Positions 18,770-28,543 of a DNA stretch of 64,000 nt are shown here, in pieces. The stretch covers positions 1-64,000 of the forward strand of contig CALBRH010000044.1 of the NCBI GenBank assembly GCA_937899865.1, read 5' to 3'. Position 1 is the first letter of the stretch, and each line of letters begins with the position of its first letter. This DNA comes from an uncultured euryarchaeote (GTDB lineage: Archaea; Thermoplasmatota; Poseidoniia; Poseidoniales; Poseidoniaceae). The position numbers were made by a program, and so were the translations under genes. The notes below the pieces were generated by a model. The model saw nothing but the letters and a program-made list of their open reading frames with translations, had not been told where the DNA came from and searched no databases.

Positions 18770-19687
18770 ATGATGTCTGAGCGAGTTCGCCTCGCCTTTA
18801 CAATTGGTTATATTGGCAAACATTTTCATGGAAGCCAAATACAACCAGATGTGAAAACTGTTCAAGGTGAGTTAATTCGTGTTTTTCGACAATTGAAGTG
18901 GTTAGAAAATAATGATTCAGGGCACAACTTGGTGTTGTCGAGTCGTACTGATGCTGGTGTTAATGTTAGAAGGAATGGCGGAGTAGTGACTATTGAGAAG
19001 ACATTATGGGATTCATTGAATCGAAGAAAAATGGTTAGGGCAGTTGATGATCGATTACCAGATGACATCGTATTTCTTGACGTCAAAGAAGTTGATGATG
19101 ACTGGAATCCAAGAATGGCATCGCATAGAGTTTATCGATACCGTCTTGAAGGGATACAAGGTTGGAAATATTCTGAAGAAAAATTTCAGAACTGGTTAGA
19201 TTTGTTTGTTGGTACTTACGACGCTAGAAACTTTGCAAGATTAGAGGAGGGGAAAAATCCGATTCGTAAGATCTTTTCTTGCACGCCATGGATTGTGAAC
19301 GGTAGAGTTGTAGGTTTTGAGATAGTTGGTGAGGCATTTTTGTGGAATCAAGTTAGAAGAACTGCAATGGCGCTATATGGCCTCTCAACAGGAGAACTTA
19401 GCGAACAGCAGATCATTGATGCTATACAACAACCAGAGTCTGCAGTTGATTTTGGTGTCGCTCCACCTGAGTGGCTAATTTTGTGGGATGTAATTTGGCC
19501 TGATTTTGAACATCAAACATCTGATGAAACCGAGTTTTCTTTTACTCCGCCGCCAGAAGATGAGTATCTTGAAAGGACTATGATGAATCGTTGGCAAATT
19601 GGTTCAAAATTAGAAATGGAGTGCATGTTGTTTCATGAATGGTCTAGAATAGGTAAATTGCCCTATATTCCACACGCTTCAAATTAA
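18770..19687 (+). CDS. truA: tRNA pseudouridine(38-40) synthase
   Basis: IGYIGKHFHGSQIQPDVKTVQGEL, SSRTDAGV, GEAFLWNQVRR. Confidence 0.93.
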   Translation: MMSERVRLAFTIGYIGKHFHGSQIQPDVKTVQGELIRVFRQLKWLENNDSGHNLVLSSRTDAGVNVRRNGGVVTIEKTLWDSLNRRKMVRAVDDRLPDDIVFLDVKEVDDDWNPRMASHRVYRYRLEGIQGWKYSEEKFQNWLDLFVGTYDARNFARLEEGKNPIRKIFSCTPWIVNGRVVGFEIVGEAFLWNQVRRTAMALYGLSTGELSEQQIIDAIQQPESAVDFGVAPPEWLILWDVIWPDFEHQTSDETEFSFTPPPEDEYLERTMMNRWQIGSKLEMECMLFHEWSRIGKLPYIPHASN

Positions 19688-20146
19688 TTCTATTGAAACT
19701 TCGTCGCCATCTTTTATGGAAAAATGTTCGCGTAAGAATTTTGCTGAAATTATTTCAGCCACATCATAATGTCTTGTTAAATCAGGAATAAGTACAGCGC
19801 AATCGACACTGTCGTCATTGGAGTGGAACTTTGCCTTGAATGCTGTTGCTCCGCCGAATGATACCCCATCTCTAAGAAATCCTCGAATTCTATTGGCTTC
19901 AATGTTATCAATGTCTAAAGATTTAGCTGCTTCGATTAAATCTGTTGATGCATCTAAAGTATCGATGCCAGATTTTAATCTTAAGGCAATATAACTTCGT
20001 AGATTTTCATCTGATACTTTCAGGTTTAGAGTTCCTGGCCAAACAGAAGAGCCCATCAAAGATTGAAACTGCTCTTGGTAATGCTTTTGAGCCATGAATA
20101 TATGTGCTCTTCCAAGTCCACTACTGACCTTGCCAGTGATGCGCAT
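19679..20146 (-). CDS. ribK: CTP-dependent riboflavin kinase (archaeal, no HTH)
   Basis: GKVSSGLGRA..F, WPGTLNL, PDLTRH..VAEIIS...LRE.F..KDGD.V. Confidence 0.9.
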   Translation of the reverse strand: MRITGKVSSGLGRAHIFMAQKHYQEQFQSLMGSSVWPGTLNLKVSDENLRSYIALRLKSGIDTLDASTDLIEAAKSLDIDNIEANRIRGFLRDGVSFGGATAFKAKFHSNDDSVDCAVLIPDLTRHYDVAEIISAKFLREHFSIKDGDEVSIELI

Positions 20147-20243
20147 AGCAGTGCTAAAAACTACTCCTTTTTGACCTTCATGCTTGTAAAATAATACAAA
20201 AACCCTTCAAGTGTCAGCAGTTGGCAAACAGTAGGTGGAATAA

Positions 20244-21425
20244 ATGCCAGGTGATATGAGTTGGATGAAAGAGCGATATGTTGAGTTGTCTAATCAATCA
20301 TTACTTTGGGAACCACCTACTCTCGAAAGTCCAAATCAACCTAGGTGTAATATGGATGGTAAACCAACAATCATGTTATCAGCAAACAACTATCTGAATT
20401 TGACTACTCATCCAAAAGTGATGAATGCGATGATTGAAGCGACCAAAAAATATGGTGCAGGTAGTGGTAGTGTAAGAGCCATTGCTGGCACAATGGATAT
20501 TCATTTGGCAGCCGAAAAAAAAGTTGCAGAGTTCAAGAAAGTTGAGGCTGCGCTAATTTATTCTGCTGGATATACCGTGAATGTTGGCTTGATTCCAACC
20601 TTGGTTACAGGGAAAGATGATGTCATTATTAGTGATGAATTAAACCATGGATCTATTATTGATGGTGTAAGATTAACTAAAGCCAATCGAGCAGTATATG
20701 CCCATAATGATATGGGTGAATTAGAGGCAGTCCTTGCTGCAAATAAAGATGCAAAACGCAAACTAATCATAACTGATGGAGTATTTTCTATGGATGGCGA
20801 CATTGCTCCATTAGATGAAATCGATAAACTTGCAAAAGAGCACGGTGCTATGGTATATGTTGATGATTGTCATGGTGAGGGCGTTCTTGGTGAAACAGGT
20901 GCAGGAATTGTTGACCATTTTGGCCTTCAAGGCAGCATCGATTTTGAAACAGGTTCATTTTCCAAAGCACTCGGTGTTCAAGGAGGCATTCTTGCAGGCA
21001 CAGAAATGACAAGAACTCATGCTCTTAATCATTCAAGGTCATGGTTGCTATCAGGTTCTCAACCTCCAGGTGTTGCCGCAGCACAGAAAGCTGCAGTTGA
21101 AGTACTGATGGAAGAGCCTCAACACCATCAAAAGTTATGGCAAAATACTGATTATTTTAGAAGTGAGTTACAATCTATGGGCTTTGATACTGGAGTTTCT
21201 ACAACTCCAATTATACCAGTTATGTGCGGAGAATCTAGTGTTGCCAAAGATTTCACTGTAGAATTATCTAAGGAAGGTGTTATGGCAGGGGCAATAGTTT
21301 TTCCAATGGTGGCTAGAGATAAAGCTCGAATTAGAACCCAAATGTCATCTGGATTAAGTCGTGATGATTTAGATGAAGTATTGAGGATTTTTGAACGAGT
21401 TGGACCTAAACTTGGATTAGTTTGA
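20244..21425 (+). CDS. kbl: Alpha-oxoamine synthase (glycine C-acetyltransferase Kbl / BioF family)
   Basis: SANNYLNL, SDELNHGSIIDG, TDGVFSMDGD, DDCHGEG, SFSKALG, ARIRTQMS. Kbl is favoured over BioF but not proven. Confidence 0.85.
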   Translation: MPGDMSWMKERYVELSNQSLLWEPPTLESPNQPRCNMDGKPTIMLSANNYLNLTTHPKVMNAMIEATKKYGAGSGSVRAIAGTMDIHLAAEKKVAEFKKVEAALIYSAGYTVNVGLIPTLVTGKDDVIISDELNHGSIIDGVRLTKANRAVYAHNDMGELEAVLAANKDAKRKLIITDGVFSMDGDIAPLDEIDKLAKEHGAMVYVDDCHGEGVLGETGAGIVDHFGLQGSIDFETGSFSKALGVQGGILAGTEMTRTHALNHSRSWLLSGSQPPGVAAAQKAAVEVLMEEPQHHQKLWQNTDYFRSELQSMGFDTGVSTTPIIPVMCGESSVAKDFTVELSKEGVMAGAIVFPMVARDKARIRTQMSSGLSRDDLDEVLRIFERVGPKLGLV

Positions 21426-22043
21426 TTACTCTTCAGAGGTTTCAAAATCATCAACAACAGATTCTATTTCAATATCGATGTTATTTGGTTCAGCATAGAT
21501 TTTACTTTCTTCATCTATTTTTTCAATGCCATCAAATGGATTTTTACCATCGTCAATCATGCACAGTAAGCGCCATCTTGGAGCCCAAGAGAGATGAACA
21601 TAAAGAGGCCCAGGTAATAGAATCAAAGTCCAAGACAAGAATGGATAAATTGCTATGATATCTGTCCGATTAATTGAAAGTAAGGCAAGACCAATAAATG
21701 GCATAGGATATAGTATAGTTCTAGGTGGAGAAACTGGTATTCGGCCAGATATTGCAGTGATTAACGTCGAGCAAAGTCCTAAGAAAAAGCAAGCGGCCAT
21801 AAGCAATGCACAATGCAATGCCCAATCACTAAGCCAACCAGAATGATCGTCTACAGCAAAGCGATATGGTAAGATAAGTGCTAGAGAGATTAGTAGTCCG
21901 TAAAATCCACCAATATTTGATGGGTGTGATAACCATAATGGTAGTCTTGCAAATTGCTTAGATAAAGAGGTGCCAAGTAGTGTTTCTTGTTGGTTTTCAG
22001 ACAGAGAACCAATCATTAAATCCCAAGAATTAGAATTTGACAC
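21426..22043 (-). CDS. Hypothetical membrane protein (about 4 TM)
   Basis: ORF with hydrophobic helices and an acidic tail; no recognisable motif. Confidence 0.7.
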   Translation of the reverse strand: MSNSNSWDLMIGSLSENQQETLLGTSLSKQFARLPLWLSHPSNIGGFYGLLISLALILPYRFAVDDHSGWLSDWALHCALLMAACFFLGLCSTLITAISGRIPVSPPRTILYPMPFIGLALLSINRTDIIAIYPFLSWTLILLPGPLYVHLSWAPRWRLLCMIDDGKNPFDGIEKIDEESKIYAEPNNIDIEIESVVDDFETSEE

Positions 22044-22099
22044 AAAACGTCGTGCAGATGCATGGTTATTGAATTAGCAGGGTATATTGAGGTATTAAG

Positions 22100-22729
22100 T
22101 CAATCTTTATTGATTAATTTCGCCAACGGTCCTTCAGCAGTTAACTCCTCTTCATCAAGCCATTTACGCTCAAGTAAACCATAATCCAAATTCTCTCTTT
22201 CTCTAGCGTCTTCAATAGGGTCTTCAACACCGTTAACTCCATCTCGTAGACTTAAAGCCTGATTTATGATTATTATTTGTTTCATTATTCGTGGTTTTTT
22301 GTTTGAGTGGCTGTAATGACCTATCACTTTGTAATCCTCGAAATCTTCAACTAGATTATATCCTCCAATCAATTCATCTTTGATAATTCTGATTCTATGC
22401 TTTCCTAATTCTTGCCATTCATCGTTGGATAATTTGACATGAACAGTTGCTTTACCAATTGGCTCTTCTTCAACGAATGGATGGTTCATATTTACTGCCA
22501 GTGGTATTTTTACAAGGGCCATAGTTTCATAGCCAAACAAAGCGAAAATAATTACTGATAATGCTAAACAAATCAGTGATATAAGAATACTAAATCCTGC
22601 AAATAGTGTTAGAATTAATCCAATTATAGTTGTAGCCGAAGAGACTGCAATGATAATTTGTAATTGGCGCTTGTAAGGTAGGCATAAATCCAATTTATCA
22701 AAAGTAATCAATCCTTTAGGAACTGCCAT
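22100..22729 (-). CDS. Hypothetical membrane protein (2 N-terminal TM)
   Basis: ORF; two hydrophobic helices followed by a soluble domain. Confidence 0.7.
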   Translation of the reverse strand: MAVPKGLITFDKLDLCLPYKRQLQIIIAVSSATTIIGLILTLFAGFSILISLICLALSVIIFALFGYETMALVKIPLAVNMNHPFVEEEPIGKATVHVKLSNDEWQELGKHRIRIIKDELIGGYNLVEDFEDYKVIGHYSHSNKKPRIMKQIIIINQALSLRDGVNGVEDPIEDARERENLDYGLLERKWLDEEELTAEGPLAKLINKD

Positions 22730-22781
22730 CTATCCGACTCAATACCAAAATGGAATTAAGACTTTTTAATGCATGTTGGAA

Positions 22782-22796
22782 ATCAATCATATTGAT
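22782..22796. promoter_or_regulatory. Palindrome ATCAA-N5-TTGAT upstream of the DUF835 operon
   Basis: ATCAAtcataTTGAT in the divergent intergenic region; the same motif recurs at 27306..27320. Confidence 0.4.
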
Positions 22797-22868
22797 ACAA
22801 AACGCCTCATTAAGCATAATTTCTTCCGCATCTTTGAAGAACACAAAGACAAGGCTGACAATTAAGGG

Positions 22869-24830
22869 GTGATATTTTTGGTAGAATTGCCACAAGGCGT
22901 AGTAATTGAAGTACGACGCGGTGGACATGATGCCTTAGCAAAATTGTCAGGCGATATGACTCGTCTAGGCATTTCAGGATATATCAGAATAGAACGACGA
23001 CCAAAGGAACTAATTCCAAGGGTAAGTCAAGTAGTAATCCATGATAGTCAACCTAAATTAGCAATTCATGAATCTGATGTAGTAATCGGTGGACTTGAGG
23101 CTTTATTGGAGATAGAGCGAGATTCTACTGCCCTTGATGCATTGATTTCATTGGTAGAACTCCAAGACGATGATCTCATTCGCATAATCAACCTTTATCC
23201 AGACTTTACACTTACAACAGAGGCTCAGAAATCAGAGCAAAACAAAGATGATTGGTGGAATTATGTTCAATTAAGTTCCAGTAGTTGGAGGAGAGAAGCG
23301 CGTTTACCCGAGCAAGAAGTAATAGTTGAAGCACCCGAATATATTCGCCAATTAACCAAAGCTAAATTACAGAAATTTGATTTGGGCGAAAAGCATCTAA
23401 ATTATGGAGATACATTGCTAAATGATGGTGAAGATGCAGAGAAAGTTCTCAATTTAGCCGGAATTTTAGCATCTCATGGAAGGCCATTATTGGTATTTTC
23501 ACGTCATGATGTGAGAGGCTTATCAGTTAGTTATGATATCCCAATTGCTTCATGTTTGAAAATGACTTCAACTATTTCGGAAAATGCAGTTTTACCTAAT
23601 TCAGATGATATTCAAGACAAAATTAGTAATTTTTTATGGGCGAACAAGCAAGCAGTAGTAGTTTTTTCTGACCTGGAATATCTTTTATCAATCAACGATT
23701 TTAGTTCTGTAATCAATATGTTTAGAAGCATAATTGACCAAGTTCGCGTAGGCGACCATTTGCTACTTGTGCATTGTAATTTAGAGGTAATGAATGATAG
23801 ACAAAGACATATGTTTGTTAGAGAATTCGAGACAATAAGTACTGCGTATCTTGAAAATTTAATTTTAGATGGAGAGTCATTGTTAGACCATCCAATTTGT
23901 ATAGAGTTATCAGAAGAAGAATTGTCTTGGATTGAGCAACAAATAAAATTTTCAAATAACGATCAAGTTGATGGTACAGATTATGAAGTAATATCAGGGG
24001 GCGCCAGTAGTATTGCTGATGAAGATATTTCGGAAGCAAAAGATAAGTTGAATCAATTGGTTGATGAGTGGCAGGCTCCAGCAATTGACTCGCCACAACC
24101 TATTCAATCCCAAACTAGCGATTCAAAAAGCAATGAATTGTTGACAAATATTGTCGAAAAAGCATTTTCTGCGGCAATTGAGGTAGTCGAAGAAGAGGTT
24201 CAAACAAGTGATGAACTTATTGTTCAGTCTGTCGAACAGACCAAACTGGAAAAGCCGGTAAAGAAAGTTGTTCAAAAGGTTAAATCTCCAAGAATTGCCT
24301 TGCGAGTAAAACGTGCTAAGAGGCCTAAAGCAACTAAATCAAATGCATTTACCGCTTCTGAAGCTACGGCTGCGGCAATAAATAGAAAAGTCGAATTGCC
24401 AGATATTAATCATGTCACAAAAATCAAATCTCATCGTCAAGCAATCGATACAGATCTAAGCCAAAGGTCAGTGAAGATGGATGATGCTCTAAAAAATATG
24501 CTAACTAGTAGCCGTCGCAAAAAGTCTAGAGAAATTTCTCAAGCACTGAATCAAAATGCGCAAAAAGCTGCTAATCAAATGCCTACGATTAAGTCGAAAA
24601 ATAATCTACAACTCTCACCTAAGGTTTCCTCTAAATCTGTGGTACATTCCTCAAGTGATATTGCTTCAAGTGACACTTCGAAACGTCGCTCAAGGGAATC
24701 TGCTTCAAGAACTCAAAATAAGGTTGACATTGATAAAAATTATCAAAAGTGGTCGACACAGTATCTAGGTAATAAGAAATTGGATGAAGATATTTCGGCA
24801 AGCCAATTTATTGTGGAGGAAGAACAATGA
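22869..24830 (+). CDS. DUF835-domain protein (inactivated KaiC/RecA-like) with DUF2226-like N-terminus and basic disordered C-terminus
   Basis: LLVFSRH, VVVFSDLEYLLSINDF.SV..MF..I.DQV......LLV (DUF835 pattern); N-terminal GYIRIE...AL..IE; Lys/Ser-rich tail. Confidence 0.65.
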   Translation: MIFLVELPQGVVIEVRRGGHDALAKLSGDMTRLGISGYIRIERRPKELIPRVSQVVIHDSQPKLAIHESDVVIGGLEALLEIERDSTALDALISLVELQDDDLIRIINLYPDFTLTTEAQKSEQNKDDWWNYVQLSSSSWRREARLPEQEVIVEAPEYIRQLTKAKLQKFDLGEKHLNYGDTLLNDGEDAEKVLNLAGILASHGRPLLVFSRHDVRGLSVSYDIPIASCLKMTSTISENAVLPNSDDIQDKISNFLWANKQAVVVFSDLEYLLSINDFSSVINMFRSIIDQVRVGDHLLLVHCNLEVMNDRQRHMFVREFETISTAYLENLILDGESLLDHPICIELSEEELSWIEQQIKFSNNDQVDGTDYEVISGGASSIADEDISEAKDKLNQLVDEWQAPAIDSPQPIQSQTSDSKSNELLTNIVEKAFSAAIEVVEEEVQTSDELIVQSVEQTKLEKPVKKVVQKVKSPRIALRVKRAKRPKATKSNAFTASEATAAAINRKVELPDINHVTKIKSHRQAIDTDLSQRSVKMDDALKNMLTSSRRKKSREISQALNQNAQKAANQMPTIKSKNNLQLSPKVSSKSVVHSSSDIASSDTSKRRSRESASRTQNKVDIDKNYQKWSTQYLGNKKLDEDISASQFIVEEEQ

Positions 24831-26842
24831 ATCCACGTAGAAATCGACTTTTAAGCGCGATAAAAAGCGCTCAAAACCATGTTCAATCTTCCAACATTTC
24901 GCAATTGGATGATGATGTAGATTCCAATAAAAGTAGTAAAATCCCTAAATCAAAACTTGCTCGTTTGTCTGGGAAATCGGTTATGCCACAAAAAAGGAAA
25001 TCATTACTGTCACGTGTTGGAGTAAACAATAGGCCAACATTTGATTTAATTGCAGATGGTGTTTTAGGCGCTAATTCAGATGATTACCAGCCAAAAATCA
25101 AATTAAACAAGGGTAATGATGACATTTCAAGTTTGGTCGCAGAGCGAATCAAGAACCTTCGTGAACGAACCCTAAGTAAAATTTCTAGTGACGCTCATTT
25201 TGCTGAAAGTTCATTTTTTGGCTTCGAAACAGATGGCACCCCAATATGGAGTAGTGTGGTTAGAGGTGCAAGAGATATTGACTCCAAAATTCATCACCAA
25301 AATGATGATTCCTCGACAATAATACATCATCATTCAACCCATTTGCCAGTAATGATTGATTGGCCTAAAGAACTACAATTTTCATCTCACAATACTTTCA
25401 AAAATTGGTCTACAGTTTCAGAAAATAAACGTGCTACTCAACTTGCTGAACAAGTAGTTGATTTTACACATCAATCATTGAATCCTCTGATAATTATTGG
25501 CGAATCGGGAACTGGTAAATCACATCTCTTGAATGCAATTGGTCAAGCAGTAATGGTTCGAAATGACAAGAGCATATTTTTTATTCGTGGAGATGAATTA
25601 CCTCAAGTATTGTCTCAACATAATAGTTGGACAGATGTTTTTTCGAACGCATCAATGTTGTTGATAGATGATATAGATGCATCATTAAACGATGACAAAA
25701 TTAGCAATTCTCTAGGCAATATGCTTGATACTGCATTAAACATGAATGTTCATGTCGTGGTATCTTCAAATAGCTTGCCTGATGAGTGGCCAGCATCTAA
25801 CCTATGGGATTTGTTAAGAACAGGTGTTAAGACAATTCTAAATCGTGTTGGTGCAGGAAGTCTAATGCTATATGCGCGTCATTTAGCAATGCAAAAGAAT
25901 CTCATCTTGACTGACGAGCAATTAGCATTGATAGTAACCGATGGAGAGGTTGGTTGGAGAAGTACCAAGAATGGTCTTGATAAAGTGGAATCAGCAGCAA
26001 ATAATGGAATTAAATTAATTGATTCTGTTGATATATACAAGGTCATGAATGATATTCAAACAGATGAAGAAGAAAGTACAACTGAGATGCAAAGTGAAAG
26101 TGTTGAAGATATTGCAACTCGATTGATAAATTCAGTAGTTGATGTTGTCTATAGCGACCAACAATTAGGAGGTATAGAACTCAATACTGAACTTCCTGAG
26201 TTGTCTGAAGATTACCAACCACCTGAATTTGACATAGATTCATTTAATTCTTCAGAGAAGGATTTTGTTCAAAATCATATCAATTCAACTTTGCAAGATT
26301 TGACTCCCGAAGCACCTTCTGTAATTGATGTAGATGATCGTGATAAACACCTTGTGGCAAAAATGACTCGGATTATTGAGCGTGACCATTCAATTGCTGC
26401 AGATATTCTGACTGATTTGGATATGGGGATTGATAGTAAGTTTGCAAATTCAGATGATATGATTACGGCAGAAACAGATCAGTTGATGAACTTGAAATCT
26501 AAATTACTGAATCTTGCAGAAAGGACTTCAGATGCTTCAATAGAAGGCTTGATTGGAATTGCCGATGAATTAAGAGCATTGGAGCATGAATTGGTAGCAA
26601 TTGATTCTGAGCGGGATGAATTGCCCGAGTTTGTTGAAGATGAAATTGAAGATGGATTAGAAAGTTATATTCCACAAAACGAATGGAATATTGATGGTTC
26701 ACAAGTGTCGGTAAATGAATTAATAGATGATGAATCAATGATTACCCCGATTGAAGGTGTTTTAGAACCTCATCCGGAAGGTGTCTTGCAAACCTCAACC
26801 ATTACTCCAGTTGAAAATGTTCTAAGTGGGGAAGAAGAATGA
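24827..26842 (+). CDS. DnaA/Hda-like AAA+ ATPase-domain protein with basic N-terminal and acidic C-terminal extensions
   Basis: NTFKNW...NPLIIIGESGTGKSHLLNAIG...LLIDDID...VVVSSN..P, collinear with DnaA domain III. No DnaA domain IV recognisable. Confidence 0.8.
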   Translation: MNPRRNRLLSAIKSAQNHVQSSNISQLDDDVDSNKSSKIPKSKLARLSGKSVMPQKRKSLLSRVGVNNRPTFDLIADGVLGANSDDYQPKIKLNKGNDDISSLVAERIKNLRERTLSKISSDAHFAESSFFGFETDGTPIWSSVVRGARDIDSKIHHQNDDSSTIIHHHSTHLPVMIDWPKELQFSSHNTFKNWSTVSENKRATQLAEQVVDFTHQSLNPLIIIGESGTGKSHLLNAIGQAVMVRNDKSIFFIRGDELPQVLSQHNSWTDVFSNASMLLIDDIDASLNDDKISNSLGNMLDTALNMNVHVVVSSNSLPDEWPASNLWDLLRTGVKTILNRVGAGSLMLYARHLAMQKNLILTDEQLALIVTDGEVGWRSTKNGLDKVESAANNGIKLIDSVDIYKVMNDIQTDEEESTTEMQSESVEDIATRLINSVVDVVYSDQQLGGIELNTELPELSEDYQPPEFDIDSFNSSEKDFVQNHINSTLQDLTPEAPSVIDVDDRDKHLVAKMTRIIERDHSIAADILTDLDMGIDSKFANSDDMITAETDQLMNLKSKLLNLAERTSDASIEGLIGIADELRALEHELVAIDSERDELPEFVEDEIEDGLESYIPQNEWNIDGSQVSVNELIDDESMITPIEGVLEPHPEGVLQTSTITPVENVLSGEEE

Positions 26843-27294
26843 GACATCCATGGTGGATGAGTGGCGTCAAATTTGCTTGTCAAACCAATTGTGGCAAATG
26901 CTGTGATGAGCCTGGAGGAATTGTATATTTGTCTACTCACGATGCCAAAAGAATTTCATCAAGTATGGATTTGACTGTCGAAGATTGGCTTGAAAGAGAT
27001 TGTCAACGCACTTTGGATGGCAGATATATTTTGAAAAGCCGAGAATCTGATGGAATATGCATATATTTGAATGATGAAAAGACGTGTAATATTTATCACA
27101 ACCGTCCCCAACAATGTGCTGCATATCCATGGTGGGGCGAGAATCTTGCTACTGAACGCTCTTGGCAGCAAACAAAACAGGAATGCCCAGGATTAACTGC
27201 GGAAGACGCTATAATTATCGATGGCAATACGATAAAAATTCATGTTCTTGCTGACAGACAGTCAACAAAAGGATTTAGAAAGTGGCCAAACTAA
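26839..27294 (+). CDS. YkgJ-family CxxxCxxCC Fe-S/Zn cluster protein
   Basis: FACQTNCGKCC...C.YL....CNIYHNRPQQCAAYPWW...CPG. Confidence 0.9.
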   Translation: MRHPWWMSGVKFACQTNCGKCCDEPGGIVYLSTHDAKRISSSMDLTVEDWLERDCQRTLDGRYILKSRESDGICIYLNDEKTCNIYHNRPQQCAAYPWWGENLATERSWQQTKQECPGLTAEDAIIIDGNTIKIHVLADRQSTKGFRKWPN

Positions 27295-27303
27295 TGACTT
27301 ATC

Positions 27304-27322
27304 TAATCAAATTGTTTGATTA
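27304..27322. promoter_or_regulatory. Perfect 8-3-8 inverted repeat (contains ATCAA-N5-TTGAT) upstream of the citrate synthase TATA-like box
   Basis: TAATCAAA-ttg-TTTGATTA, followed by TTTATA at about 27337. Confidence 0.4.
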
Positions 27323-27367
27323 ATAAATAGGCCGCATTTATACCATAGTTATAACTCGGGTGTTTAG

Positions 27368-28543
27368 GTGGGGTTCATGACCAATGAAAAAGTGCTTTGT
27401 GAAGTCACTGAAAATCATTTGAATACAGGTCTAAGAGGAATTCCTGTTGGAACTTGTAGAACCTCCTTTGTCACTCCAAGTGAAGGAGTTCATTACTGTG
27501 GATATCCAATTAGAGAATTAGTAGATTTCTCACCTGAGGATATAATTTATTTGTTATTCAATAAAGAACTTCCAAATCTTGAGCAATCTGCTCAATTTAA
27601 GGCTGATTTGTCATCAAGAGCAACCTTGCCAAATGGAGTGGAAGAAGTCCTCAAAACCCTGCCAAAGACTGGACATCCAATGGATTGGTTATCGATTGGA
27701 ATTCACGCACTTGGGATGTGTGATACAACAGAAAACTGGCTGGATGATGCCCTTAATCTAGTAGCAAGAATGCCTAGATTGATGGGTTTGATTTTCCGTT
27801 ATAGAGAAGGAAGAACATCAGACATACCAGTTGATGATGTTAGCAAATCATTAGTTGAAAGATTTGTTGAAACTTTAGATTTGGCTAATGTAGACAAAGC
27901 AAAAATGTCAAAAGTTGTCTCAACATATCTTGTTCTTCATATGGATCACGGTGGAGGTAATCTTTCCACATTTACTGGTAAATCAATTGCCTCAGGTAAA
28001 GCAACCGTTTATTCGGCAATTGCTGGGGCAATGAATGCACTTTCGGGACCTCTACATGGCAGAGCCAATCAATCATGTTTGGAGTTTGTCTTGAAAGTTG
28101 GTTCTAGTGATGAAGCTGAAGTTGAAAGATTTGTTCGAAATGAATTGTCAGAAGGACGTCCAGTGTTTGGCTTTGGCCACGCAGTATTAAGTGTCGAAGA
28201 CCCAAGAGCAACAGCACAATTTGAGTTGGGCGAAAAGATATGTCCTGAAGATGAGAATTTTAAAATCATCAAGACACTTAGAAAAGTTGCGCCTCGAGTT
28301 TTGTCTGAAAACAAGAAAATTAGGAATCCTAATGCAAACGTAGACATTGCTAGCGGCGCTTTGTTACATCATGTTGGACTTAAAGATCCGACTTATTATA
28401 CAACCTTTTTCGGGTGGGCGAGAGTTGCTGGAATTGGTGCACAAATTGTTGATGAAAGAGTAAACATGCGTTCAGGAAAAGGAGTTCCAATTTATCGTCC
28501 AAAATATTTCCCTGAAGGCCAGCAGTTAAGGCATATTGAGTGA
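27368..28543 (+). CDS. gltA: Citrate (or 2-methylcitrate) synthase
   Basis: GLRGIP, LHMDHGGGNLSTF, GPLHGRAN, FGFGHAV, NANVD, RPKY. Confidence 0.93.
   Translation: MGFMTNEKVLCEVTENHLNTGLRGIPVGTCRTSFVTPSEGVHYCGYPIRELVDFSPEDIIYLLFNKELPNLEQSAQFKADLSSRATLPNGVEEVLKTLPKTGHPMDWLSIGIHALGMCDTTENWLDDALNLVARMPRLMGLIFRYREGRTSDIPVDDVSKSLVERFVETLDLANVDKAKMSKVVSTYLVLHMDHGGGNLSTFTGKSIASGKATVYSAIAGAMNALSGPLHGRANQSCLEFVLKVGSSDEAEVERFVRNELSEGRPVFGFGHAVLSVEDPRATAQFELGEKICPEDENFKIIKTLRKVAPRVLSENKKIRNPNANVDIASGALLHHVGLKDPTYYTTFFGWARVAGIGAQIVDERVNMRSGKGVPIYRPKYFPEGQQLRHIE

Noticed and set aside
20244-21425. Biotin synthesis (bioF) call
   Set aside because: No other bio genes are nearby, and the RIRTQMS-type C-terminus and glycine-catabolic context favour Kbl; not resolvable without a phylogeny.
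22730-27367. Replication origin near the DnaA-like gene
   Set aside because: By eye I found no clustered DnaA boxes, ORB elements or cdc6/orc1 gene, and the intergenic gaps are short.
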